The notes under the pieces: generated by a model | Told to the model about the DNA's origin: nothing | Seen by the model: the letters and a program-made list of their open reading frames with translations, nothing else | Databases searched by the model: none | Made by a program: the position numbers and the translations under genes | DNA from: Balamuthia mandrillaris | Lineage: Eukaryota | Direction: 5' to 3' | DNA: 64,000 nucleotides | Assembly: GCA_031835245.2 (NCBI GenBank) | Contig: JAVKOQ020000048.1 | Coordinates: forward strand, 186,001-250,000 | Shown here: positions 14,516-26,800 of the stretch, piece by piece | How positions within the stretch are numbered: the first letter of the stretch is position 1 | How the letters are laid out: each line of letters opens with the position of its first letter

Positions 14516-16116
14516 ATGACTGCTCTCTCGAATGTGCTCAACTACTTTCGTTGCTGCTGTTGCGCAAAGCCAAGCGCCAACTCTATCAACAAATCTAAAC
14601 GGCCCTCAAGTATGTACTTTCATTCCTCATCCCCCCCCTTTTATGCCCTTTTTTTCCCTTTGCAAATCCTCATCCTCGTCCTCTCGTGCTCTATCCCCTT
14701 TAGACAGCGCTTTCAAACAACAAAGGCTGAGAGCATGCCAACCAATCCTTACCCCCATGCCCGTCATCACAACCTTCTTTTTGCTGGGTCTCATATTTAT
14801 TCCTATTGGCATCGTTATGCTCGTAACCTCTGCTCAGGTTTGTGGTTCTTTTCTTTTTTGTTATTTTTCAATCCTCCTTCCCCTTGCTACTTGTTGTTTA
14901 TTATTTTTGTTGTTGGTTGTTACTATGGTGCCTGTTTCAACACGCTCAATCTCGTTTGTTTAGATAGTGGAGGTGGAAGTAAGGTACGATAACAAATGTC
15001 GCAGCCAAAACGGAACCGTCTGTACGGTGACTTTGCACGTTGATGAGAAGATGGAGGAACCTGTTTATCTCTACTACAAGCTCTCCAACTACTACCAAAA
15101 CCACCGCAAGTACGTGCGCTCCAGGAATGATGCCCAGCTGAGAGGCGAAAAAGTGACCAGTTACTCTGCCCTGGAGGTACGTTCCTCTGCTACAGTTTTT
15201 TTTTTGTTCTCCACCACTTTCACTACCCTTAAGGCTCACTTTCGTTCCTTTTTCTCCAAAAATACTGCCAGAACTGTGATCCTATAAAGTCTGTTAACGG
15301 ATCGCATAACTCACAAAACTTCTACTTGCCTTGCGGTTTGATTGCTCATAGCATCTTCAATGGTGTGTTGAAGACATCCTCTTCCTACCTTTGTTGTTAT
15401 TAATTAGCATTACTGATATTTTAAACGTTGCTACTTTCAAAAGATACGTTCGTATTGAAGGCTCCCAACGGCGATGTTGTTCCCCTTCGTAAAGAGGGCA
15501 TTGCCTGGCAATCCGATCTCGACCACAAGTTCTTCAACCCGCCGGCCGATGCTCCGGGCGTTCGGATTATCCCCGACTTTACCGACGAGGACTTTGTTGT
15601 TTGGATGCGTACTGCTGCCCTCCCCACCTTTAAGAAACTTCACAGGATCATCGACGATGACCTGCCCGCTGGCGACTACACTGTTGAAATCCAAGACAGT
15701 ACCGTTTTCCTCACAGTTTCTCTAAGTTTTTTTTTCTTTTCGTTTGTTACTTTCATGCTTGTCTTTTCATTCCTGTCTATTCTTTCTTTTTCTTCTTGCT
15801 TGCCTTTTGCTTTCACTGACTTTTGTGCATCGAATAGACTACCCAGTGGATGAGTTTGATGGCGAAAAACATGTTGTGCTGACCACCATTTCGTGGATGG
15901 GCGGCAAGAACAACTTTTTGGGGGTGGCGTACACCACTGTTGGCAGTATTTGTGTGTTGTTGGGAGTTGCCTTTGGTCTGCGACACTTTATTGCTCCTCG
16001 GTATACACTCTCTCACTTTCTTTACTGTTTGTCCTTTTTTTCCTACTTCTCCTTTCTGACAATCATCACTGTGCAGCAAACTGGGTGACATCTCATACTT
16101 GGATTGGAACAGATAA
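14516..16116 (+). CDS. CDC50: CDC50/LEM3 family P4-ATPase flippase beta subunit
   Basis: [98 protein letters not shown]. Confidence 0.95.
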
Positions 16117-16326
16117 AAGTGAGAGGGATAGAGAGGAAAAGATTTGCTCCCTTTTCTTATATTTTTTTTAAAAACCCCACCACCAGTTATCATTTGCACT
16201 CGCGGCGCCCTGTTTGTACAGACATAATTGTGCTTTTCTGCTCCCATCCTTTCTCTCCTTCTTAGTTTCTTTTTGGTTGCATGAGTTACGTAACTGTAAC
16301 TTGCTAAAGACTCGTATGCTTGAGGT

Positions 16327-16836
16327 TTATGCAAATGACTTGGGTTGAATGCGAGAAGGGGCCAACCACAACCAGTACACCCGCAGAGGGGCGTAAAGGA
16401 TAGGGAAGAGGGCAGACAAGGCAAAGGACCAGCGGTTCCACTGGCCGTGCCTCTCCACGAACACGTAAAAAGCCAGCAGGTAGAGCACGTCGGCGATCAG
16501 CCAGGCCTCCACCATGGGTCGCAGCATTCGTCCCCAACAACGAGTCTCCACCCACCCCATCAGCACCACCAGAGCGCCGAACCAGGGGACCACGTCGGCG
16601 GCCACCGCCGCTCCCACCACCTGCGGAGAGACGGCGTAGAGGGAGAGCACCAGCTGAGGGAAGAGCATCAGGATCGGGCCGGTGATCAGCATGGCGATGC
16701 CTTCGAAGAGGTGTATCCAGTGGATGATTTTGAGCGTGGCGGGCCGCTCATCCTGCCTTGCTTTACCGCCCCTGGCGGGAGCGTTACTCTTGGTGGCGGC
16801 CACTGCTGCTGCTGCTGCTGCTCTGCTATTCCTCAT
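16327..16836 (-). CDS. Intronless small membrane protein (about 4 TM), unknown function
   Basis: 169-aa ATG-initiated ORF with about four hydrophobic segments and GC-rich coding-like composition. Confidence 0.65.
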   Translation of the reverse strand: MRNSRAAAAAAVAATKSNAPARGGKARQDERPATLKIIHWIHLFEGIAMLITGPILMLFPQLVLSLYAVSPQVVGAAVAADVVPWFGALVVLMGWVETRCWGRMLRPMVEAWLIADVLYLLAFYVFVERHGQWNRWSFALSALFPILYAPLRVYWLWLAPSRIQPKSFA

Positions 16837-16966
16837 CTTGCCTTTGGCGGGTTTTTATTTTTTATTTTTTTGTAGTCCTGCCCTTGAGCAAATATTTTGT
16901 GCAGCAGCAGCAGCAGCAGAACAGGAGCAACAATTGGTTGGGGGGCAAAACAACAGTGACCGTTGC

Positions 16967-17011
16967 AACAAGAACAAGAACAAGAACAAGAACAAGAACA
17001 AGAACAAGAAC
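16967..17011 (+). repeat. (AACAAG)n microsatellite
   Basis: Directly visible. Confidence 0.9.
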
Positions 17012-17046
17012 AGGAGGAAGAAGAAAGGGGAGAACAAGGATCACCA

Positions 17047-17768
17047 ATGGAGGCTGCCCGATGGGACCGGCGAGGTCCCTATGATGGAGCTGAAGCGGAA
17101 GCGGAAGCAGAACAGGCCAACACTGAGATGGAACACAAAATAGAAAGGGAGCTGGAGAGGATAGGTGCTCCAGTGGAGGCACCGCTTACCAACGACCCTT
17201 TTCTGTGGGAGAACTGCCTGCTTCGGTTAATCGTGTGTGCTGCTGTCCTCCCTTTACTCTGTGCATCCATCCTCTCCTTCTGATATGCCTTTGTTTGTTT
17301 GTTTTTTGTTTTTGAAAACGAGCAGACTATGTACAAAGAGCTCGAAAAGGAAGAGCAGGACTGTAAAAGTCTACTCCAGGAGAGCTTCTCCTTGGCACCA
17401 CCAGCCTCGGAATTGACGGCGGAGGAGCTGATGCGGAAGAACGAGTTAGATAAACAGCAGCTCATGTTTTGTAAGCAAGAGAACAAGCACCTCAAGCGAG
17501 ACATCTTTCGGCTGGGCAAACGACGGCGCAAACTGGAAGCAGCACTCAACGCGGAGCATCGTAAAGTACCTAACGCACCGCACAGCTTGCCTGGTACCCT
17601 CTTTCTCTCCACTCTCAACCGCAACAAAAAGCAGTCCCAGCGTTGACTAATGAGCCGGCATACCTACTCCTAGAACTCCTGGCCTTTATGCGAGAGCTGC
17701 AGCGGGCACTGCACGGGGCTCCCTCCCTGCGTTCCTGCTTTGGCGATTTTTCGGGTCGACCCGAATAA
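17047..17768 (+). CDS. Small coiled-coil protein, unknown function (3 exons, approximate)
   Basis: MEAARW...WENCLLR|TMYKELEKEEQ...KQENKHLKRDIFRLGKRRRKLEAALNAEH joined by plausible GT-AG introns. The last exon frame is uncertain. Confidence 0.5.
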
Positions 17769-17921
17769 ATTCAGGTCGTCATGATGTTTTACAGAGAAAA
17801 TTCTGTGTGTGCATAGAAAACGGGAAGGAGGACAGCCCCTTGTTGTTGGGACCATACCAATACAAAAGAAACCAGTGCCACCACCACCCAACTGAGTTTT
17901 CGATAAGGGAGGAGCCTCGCC

Positions 17922-18300
17922 ATGCAGCCGTCCGTGCTTCCAACCTCTGAAATGTTGTTTGTGCCTTACAAGACGTCGGACAAGGTCAACATGGTGAAGG
18001 CTTTGAAAAAGTACATGACCAAACACTTCTCAGCGGACCTCGTGGAGCAGCATAAGGAGGCGCTCGATCGATTACAAAGCACAAGGGAGAGTTTACGCTC
18101 TACCACAGAGAAAACTGAGCATGCCAAAGACTTATATTTATAGTAGGAACCACCACCACCTAGAGGCTTTGCACTGCCTTTCCTTCTAACTTGAATTTTC
18201 TGCTTTACCTTCTCCACAAAGTTACTATGGGCTGTTGGGGTGCTTGGACAAGCGTTTTCCTATCAAAGACTCTGGAGAAGTACACTATTCCTCTTATCAA

Positions 18301-18345
<45 letters not shown>

Positions 18346-21300
18346 TCCCTCTCCCTCTCTTTAGCTCTTTTACCATGCAACAAAGGTTCGCCTGCAGTTT
18401 GCTTGGTATGACGCTTTCAAACAGAAAAAGAACAGTACGAACATGCTCTCCTCCTCTTTTGTTACCCTCGCTACCCTCGCTCTTTTTTATAATCCATTTG
18501 TCACTCATTTCTCGTTTATTTTAATCCTGATCTTAACAACAGCCCAAGCGAACCTCGAGTATGAGAAAGCGTGTGTTCTGTTTAACATAGGGGCAGTCTA
18601 CAGTCAAATAGCCCACATACAAAATAGGAACACAGTGGAGGGCATCAAGAAGGCCTGTCACTATTTCCAACTATCTGCCGGCTGCTTCGAGAAGTTGAGA
18701 GAGAACCTTCAGAAGTATCCGCTGCAGCCTTCCACTCCCGACCTTACCGATGAATTTTTGCACATGATAGTAACGTTGTTGCTGGCTCAAGCCCAGGAAT
18801 GCTTTTGTGAGAAGGTTTGTTTGTTGGAGTACATTAGCATTCTCTCTCGTTCTATTTCATTGATGGTAACGATGACTACAGGCTATCAAAGACAACATGA
18901 GTGCAACGATTGTGGCAATGGTGACACAACAAGCGGCTGATTTTTATGACAACGCCTATAATATGATGATTGGCGGCATCATTAAGGACAACTTAGACAA
19001 AAACTGGAGCAAATACGCTTATCTCAAGAGCATGTACTTCAAGTCTCTTAGCTGTCACCGGTCAGCTGAGGCGGCTCATACTAAGGACCAATATGGTTTG
19101 CAAGTTGGATATCTTCAACTTGCTCTGTCATGCCTCAACAACGAATCCGTTAAATCTCAGCTCAAAAAGAGCTCCTCCGAGTTTCAATCATGGATGAATG
19201 CACTTATTACGGTATTATTACTCATTCTTCCTTCGTCTTCTCCGCTATCTCTCTTTTACTGATGGTCCCACGATACTAAACAATTAAAGCTTGTGGAAAA
19301 GTCTTTTGTTGTAGCTGAGAAAGATAACGACTCAATTTATCACGAACGCGTGCCGAAGTTTACGGAAATACCTCCAGCCACTAAAAAAGCAATGGTACAA
19401 CCCCTACCAATGCCTGACACCACCCTTGTCGGCGAAAGAGATCCCTTCCGCAGCCTAGTTCCTTTTGCTACCTTGCAAAGCGTTACTATTTACAACGTAA
19501 GCTATACCATTTGTGCCAGTGATATCTCTATCCTAGTTGCTTTTGCTTGCTTCTAATTCCTTTTCTTTCTGTTCGTTTCTTGACTTGATAGGAAAAAAAG
19601 GCAGAACTGCTCCGAGACTCCATGCAACAAATCAACGAGCATAATGACATGGCGAAAGGGTACTTCCCCCCGTTTCTATAGACCCTTAGCCACTATTGCT
19701 CACATCAAACAATAATGAAACTTAGTTCTTTGAGCTCCATGAACTTGCCAGCAGCAATAGAGAGCTTAGAAACGCCTGAAGGCATTCCGGAGAGCTTACG
19801 TTTACAAATGGAAGTTGTACGCAAGGACGGCGGAGCCGATTATTTGAGCGAGCTTATGGAAACTTTGCAAAATCTCAGTGCAGAAGATCAACGTATCCTT
19901 ACGGAGGCTATCAAATACCTCGATGAGGAGGAAGCAGAAGATACTGAAGTACGAAGGCAATTTGGTGATCGCTGGGATCGGTTCGTATTATCTCTCTTTT
20001 CTTCATAACCGCTCTTTCGTGTTACTGAATGGTTTCTTTTCAGCCCCCTATCTCACAACTTGGCCAAAAATTTGAGAGAAGACTCGGCCAAATATAAAAG
20101 CAATATGGAGCATGCTCTTAAGTCAGACGAAATCGTGCGCACCAAGTTCCTAAAACACCGTGAGGCTATTGATATACTTTGTAAACCAGAGGCAAGCACT
20201 CTCACTCTAACCTTTTTTCTGTCGAACAATTTTTTTAAAAAAAAAAACAACGCTCTACAAACAGAAAGAGCTTGCAGCAATGATGCCACCAGACAAAGAA
20301 CCAAGCCAGCCTGCCAAGGAGGCTATTGCAGCACTCAGGCAAAGCCTAGGTCACCTTGATAGTTGCATTGCCGAAAGAGGAGAACTTGAATCAGAGCTCA
20401 AAGCACTCGTTGAGGCGGTGCGTAACGCCCAGCCCATATATAGTTTATGTTGTTGTAGGTTCCTAACCAAAACATCCTTTTCCTGTAGGATGATATCGCA
20501 TCCGTACTACTGTCTTCGGACAAAGCTCCAGAACTCATTTATCAAGAAGAGCTGCGAAAGTATGAAGACATTCAGCGCCGGTTGCAGGCTAACTTTCAAC
20601 AACAAAAGCATCTCTTGGATAATATTAGCGTGAGTACCAACATTACCACTGCCACAATTGAGCCTTATCACAATCTCACCCTTTTTTACAGAGCGAAAAC
20701 GCGGCATTTGAGGCAACCAAGGATTTGAACGAGCACTCTCGCAGACGAGAAGAGCTTGTCAGACACCTTTCTCTTGCCTATTCTGCCTTCAAGGAAACCA
20801 AGGCAAATCTCCAGGAAGGGATCGAATTTTATACTAACTTCCAGGACCTACTCAAAAATCTAAGAACCAAGTGTAAAGACTTTGCCTGGGCAAGATCCTC
20901 TGAGAAACGGGACCTCCTTAAGTATGCATCTGATACTTTATACCCTGAAAATTCTTTTCTGACATTTGCTTTATGCTGGCTTTGTCCCGATTCTTACTAG
21001 TCGTATTCAAATGAGCGCAACTGGATTTAGTTTGCCACAGAGCCAATCTCAACATTCTTACTCCCCTCAACAGCAACAAACACAACCGCCTGTGCAATCG
21101 CATCCGCATCCACATCCACAGGCAGGCTATTCCATGCCAGGCTCATGGCAACCACACATTGCACCTGTTTATGATCGTAATCCTGCCTCCTTTGGCGGAG
21201 GGTCTCTTCAACACCAGCAGGCTTATCAAGCATCTGCCCCCCATCCATACTCACCATACGCCTCACCACAATCAGGTAAGTGATCGAGTTTTTGATTGTT

Positions 21301-21457
21301 CATTATTCCTCTCCTTCCCTCCCTTTTCTTCCTTACTCCTTGTAGTGGGATCCTAACCTGTAGTTGCTTGCATAACAAAGGTTATCATGGACAACCTCAA
21401 CAAGGCAGCCATTCGCCATCCTCCCCGTACTATGGCGGTAGCTATCAGCAACACTGA
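17922..21457 (+). CDS. PDCD6IP: ALIX / BRO1-domain ESCRT accessory protein (Bro1 + V domain + Pro/Gln/Tyr-rich tail)
   Basis: F.WYDAF, LEYEKACVLFNIGAVYSQ, LLAQAQEC, AEKDNDSIYHERVP, LSSMNLPAAIE, NLQEGIEFY, and a PY-rich tail. Confidence 0.92.
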
Positions 21458-21721
21458 AGTTAAATAAGAAACACCAAACAACAACGCCCCTTGTTTCCGC
21501 ATTTCTTGTGTTTTTAAACAAACTCTTTTCCGTCCTGTTATTGTTCTTCCTTTCTTCAAGAAGAAGAAGATTGTTATTTCTTCAAGAAGAAGAAGATTGT
21601 TATTCAATTTAAGTTGACGTACGGTCAGACGAGCATGGCAAACAAACAAAAAGGAAATTGGAAATAAAGCAGCAGCAGCAGCAGCAGAAGTAGGAGGTAA
21701 GGAGAACAGAAAAACCTAAAG

Positions 21722-23462
21722 ATGAACGAGGGAGGCGCACCACCGCCCAAAGCAGAAGGAGGAGTTCCCAATGGAGGCTTTGGGGAGGGACGGTCCAACA
21801 AGCCAGAGCTTGTCGTTAAGGTGCAGGAAGAAGAAGGAAGGGTTGGTGTTGGTGGGTTACGCGCCAAGGCTGCTCTCTTGAGGTTCGTATTACCGACTGC
21901 TCCTTCCTCATCGCTGCAATCGCCAGCACCAAAAAGGAGTGCAGCGTTCACCCTCTGAAATGCCACAGGGCAAGGTTGCGAGGGCGGCGGCGCTTGCCTC
22001 TTGCTGCAGATAGGGCGGTCATTCGATCAGCGTGGCAGGAGTTCACCCCTGTCACAAAGGTTTGCTGCCTTGCTGGTTTCGCTGGAGGATAGGAGAGCTC
22101 ACCCCACTTCTCGCAACCACAACACCCATTAGGGAGCAGTAACGTCACTGGCTCCGATGGCGCTTTGGTGCCTCTTTCACATCCGGAAGAACTCGAAGCC
22201 TGGAGAGATTACCACCCGTCTCTTGGTGTGGTACAGCCAGGTTACGCCCTTAAGCTTCTCCTCTCTCCTCTCTTCTTCTATCACTTGTGTCGCCTTTGTT
22301 TCTTGGTTTATGTCCTCTATGTTCGCCTCTGTTCTCTGCTTCTTTGCTTCTTCCGTCACGCTCTCTTCTCTGCTTCTGTTCTCTGTTCTCTTCCCTGCTT
22401 GAGCTGATCTGCTCTTTGCAGACGATAGCATTGTATGCCCTCAGGAATATGTATATAGAACAGCAGAAGAACATTGGTGTGAGACGTACTTTTACCAGGA
22501 GCTTTGAACGGTCTTCCTTGGTCGGCTCTCTCATCTACACGACTTCTCTATGGAAGACCATTCATACGCTGTTTGGCAAGACTTATTTTCTGTTCAACCT
22601 GTTGCACTCCCTTCTCTACGCTTTCTTCGTGTGGCTTAGCCTAAACTACAACCGGGGTTTGCCTCATCCTTGCCATAAGCGAGAGTACTTTGTTCTCCTC
22701 TGTCCTTCTGTGTTTGCATTTCTCTAAAATACCTGCCCTTTGTTGGCTTTAAAAGGAGAGGCATTATCCATTGGCCGGCCTTTGTTGGATTTATGTTCGT
22801 TATGAGCTTGACGAGCTTTGTTTGGGGCAAAGAGCTAAAGATAGCAGTGCTTAAGGGTGATAGGTGATCGCTGGCTATCTACGTTGGAACATCTCTTTGG
22901 CTGCAGCTCACATAATCGTTTAAAAAACACAGGTACAATTTTTTGTCAATAGTGGGCTTCTTGATGAACTCGTTTGGCATCCTTCGGGCAGGCCTACAAA
23001 CCGCAAAGACATCTTCTCCTGGTATGTTTATGTTTGCTTTATTTTATTTTTTCATTTTTTTGCTCTGAGTACGCGCAACTCACAACCAGTGTTCATTCTT
23101 TTTGAATCACCTTCTTCTTTCCAAGCCATATCTCCGTTTTCAGCAGCATCACCAATGGCAGTGGCCAATACGTTTGCTGCTTTGATACATATACCCTCTT
23201 TTGCCTCTTCTCCCATTGCACGGGTGTACATCATGGGCTACATGGCCATGACCTACTGCCTTGTCATCATCGCTTATTTGTGCCTCCGACAAGAAAGAGC
23301 CAAAGGTGCGTCTTCTTTTGTCACGACCTCCCTTTATTTTGCAAAACCACTGATATGTCCTTCTGTACTTTTTTAAACATTCTGCTCTCTGCTCTCTGCT
23401 TTCTGCTCTCTTCTCTCTTCCGTCCTCGCTCAGCATTGCGGAAGGTGCGAGCAAAGCTCTGA
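21722..23462 (+). CDS. Multi-pass membrane protein, unknown function (multi-exon)
   Basis: A series of hydrophobic exons (e.g. FLFNLLHSLLYAFFVWLSL; WPAFVGFMFVMSLTSFVW; VYIMGYMAMTYCLVIIAYLCL) linked by GT-AG introns. Confidence 0.55.
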
Positions 23463-23516
23463 ATAAAAAATTTGTACAGAGGAAAGTTCCCCTCTTTTAT
23501 GGGGGGGGGAAGGGAT

Positions 23517-23525
23517 TTTCCCGCC
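23517..23525 (+). promoter_or_regulatory. E2F-like site upstream of CKAP5
   Basis: TTTCCCGCC about 340 bp before the ATG. Confidence 0.45.
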
Positions 23526-23858
23526 ATTTTTAACGTTCCTTCCCCAAACAAAAAATTTGGCGGCAGAAGAGCAGAGAATAGGGCTACAAAGACTTTTTTT
23601 CCGTATTACACACAAAAATAAACAAACAAGAAAGAAAGGAGAGAGAGGGAACTCACTGTGCCTTTTTTTTTTACTGCCTTCCTTCTACCCCTCCTACCCG
23701 TTTGAGAAGGAAGCCAGCAGTTGACGTTATTTCCTTGGAGGGAGTAATCCACTGCGCCGCAAAGTTTTCGTGCAAACAACAACCCTTTTTTTTTTAAATT
23801 GCATTTTGTTGGGGGAGCTTGATAAGGAGAGCAAGGGAAGAAGGACATTTTATACCAG

Positions 23859-26800
23859 ATGGCGGATGATGACAAGCTTGATGATGGACCCCTGCCCGAC
23901 CGCTTGGAAAGCGCCAAGTGGAAGGTCAGGAAGGCTGCCTATGAGGAGCTGGAACAAAAATTCAAAGAGTCGCTAGACAACAGGATTTTCGAGGAGTATG
24001 GTACTGATTTTTTGCCACCACTGCTTTAAACACTCACTTTTTGTTGCTTTGTCTGACGTTCTATTATTGCAGGTCCTAAATTCAAAAAGATCGTTGCTGA
24101 CAAGAACGCAGCAGCCCAAGAGAAGGGCTTGGAGGCGCTTGCAGTGTGGATAGACCGTGCAGAGAACCCAACCAGATTGAACTCTCTGTGCCCTGTCTTG
24201 GTGGACAAGTGCTTTAGTGGGCGCCCCAAAACCAAGGAAAAGGCCATTGAATGTCTTCTTCTCTTTGTGGAAGTAGATGAGACAGCAGAGACTGTTGCGG
24301 TATGTGCTTGTGTCCTTCTCCCTGCACTTTTGTCTCTGTTTCTAAAACTAGTTGCTATTCTAACTGAGTACTCACCCACCAATCCAGAATGCCTTGCTGG
24401 AAGGAGCGAATCATAAAGTGGCCAAGATAGCTTCTCTTTGCCTCACCACCTTGAAGCGGGTGCTGCAAGAGTTTGGCACAAAGATCGTGCCTATTAAGCC
24501 GATCGTCAAGCAGCTCCCCAAGTACTTTGAACACAGCGACAAGGTATTCAGGGAGGAAGCCCAGGCACTGGTTGTGGAGATATATCGCTGGGTTGGCGCT
24601 GCCATCAAGTCCCAATTGGACAGCTTGCGACCTGCTCAATTGAAAGACCTGGAATCGGCCTTTGAGGCGCTGCCAAAGCAAAAGGCCACGCCATTGAAAT
24701 ACGTGCGATCACAACAACCGGAAGAGGAAACAGAAGAAACTGGAGGAGGAACTGGCGGAGCCTCTTCTTCCCAGAGGGGAGCAGAGGAAGACGAAGAAGA
24801 GGACGGAGAGATGGATCCTTATGACTTGGCAGAACCGGCTGAAGTTCTGTCTCAAATCAACGGAGCCTGGTTTGAAGGACTTGTATGTCATCTCTCTTAA
24901 CGCGCTCTGACCCAGAAATCGGTTCTTAACATCAGTTACCACTGCAGGAGTCAAGCAAGTGGAAAGACAGAAAAGAGCAAATGGAGAAGCTGGTCACCCT
25001 TGTAGACAAACCGCGCCTTAAACCAGGGGATTATCGCGAAGTGGCTTCTGCTCTCAAAAAGGTTTGTGTTTGCGTTGGATCACTCAAACATAGCGTCATG
25101 AAATGTGTTTGCTCATTCTTCAATGCGTGCAGGCCATTACCAAGGATGCCAACATTATAGTGGCTACCCTAGCAATCAAAGCAGCTGGGCTGTTGGCCAG
25201 AGGTCTTCGGCAAGATTTTGCCATGCATGGCAAGATGCTGCTGTCGTCATTGTTGGCCAAGTTTAAGGAAAAGAAAGCGAACGTTGTGGAAGGCATTCAC
25301 GAGGCTCTGGGCCATATGATGAACACTTGTTTTTCCCTCACAGAGGTGGTGGACGATGTTTTGGACGCGATGAAAGACAAACTGGCTCAAATCAAACAGC
25401 AAACGCTGGTGTTTGTCATAGCTTTTATGCAAAAGTCCAAGAGAGCAACGGTGGGCCAAATTATCAAGACCCTCGGTCCAGTCTTCATTGCCACGTTGGA
25501 GGATGCCAGTCCCGAAGTGAGAGAGGCTGCCTACAAGGCCTTTGGCGCTTTGGTTGGCAAGGTTGGTGAGCGACCGGTTGCGCCGTTGGTGGCCAAGCTT
25601 GATCCTGCCAAGGAGAAGAAAATACGTGAATACTATCCCGAGAAAATCCCAACTGCTCCTTTGCCTTCAGAAAATCGCTCCAAGGCTACCAAGGGCAATG
25701 CAACCGCCTCTAGCAAGAGCACGAAAGCTGCGCCACGCGCTAAAGCGGCACCAAAATCCGCTGCTCCAAACACGACAAATGTACCCTGTTCTACCCCTGC
25801 CTCTGTCGCTGTCTCTCTGTTTATCTTCCGTTGCTAACTTGTCTACATGATAGGCGGCAACTCCTGCGCCAAAACCGGCAGCTCCCGCACCAAAACCAAA
25901 GCCCAAAAAAGTAGAGCCTGTTCCGTTGATGCCCCCTGAGGAAGCCTTGGCTAAGGCCGTCGAGGAGTTTCCCGCTGAAGTCTTAGTTCTTCTTGGAGAC
26001 GCATCATGGAAACAACGCTTAGCGGGTATGGAGGCTTTCTCCCAAGCTGCTGAGCAATTGATTCAGCAGAAGAAAGGACGAGCCGCATTAGAGATTATTT
26101 TCCGGAAGTTGGAGCATCAACCTGGATGGAATGAGTCCAATTTCCAGGTGGCCTCAGCGATGTACACACTCCTTGACAAGCTTGCCGGGTCGCCATTCTT
26201 TGATGGCTTTTTGGCACAAGTCGCGGTGGCTCCCCTTGTCCCCAAAATTCCCGAGCTCAAATTACGGCGGCACGTTACGCAGTGCCTTGGCACTATCTCC
26301 GAAGCAGTGGGCCTGCCTTATGTGCTGCTTCAAATCTATAAGCATAGCACCGATAGCAAGAACCCCAAGGTGCTCACCGAGAGCCTCCTTTGGGTCACCA
26401 CCGCCATTGAGGAGTTTGGCATGAAGGACGTCGATGTCAAAGCTCTCGTTGACTGGGCGAAGAGTTCTTTGGAGTCAAGCAACGCAATGACGCGATCGAA
26501 CGGTGTCAAACTCTTTGGCAAGCTTTACGTGTATATTGGCGAGTCTATCCAAGAGTACCTGGCCAACGTGAAACCAGCCCTACTCACTACTATCCAGAAG
26601 GAGTTCGAGCGAGTTGCTACCGCCAAGCCAGAGCCACCAACTAGATTCAAGCGTGAAGTGCCTCAAGAAGAGGTTGCCACCCAAGAAGAGCCTGAAGCTA
26701 CAGCAGACGACGTTCCGGAAATCAAGGTAACGCCTAGCCGGCATGTCTCTCCTCGCGAACCCCCCAAGGACGATGGACCACAGGACGTTTCTGCCAAGCT

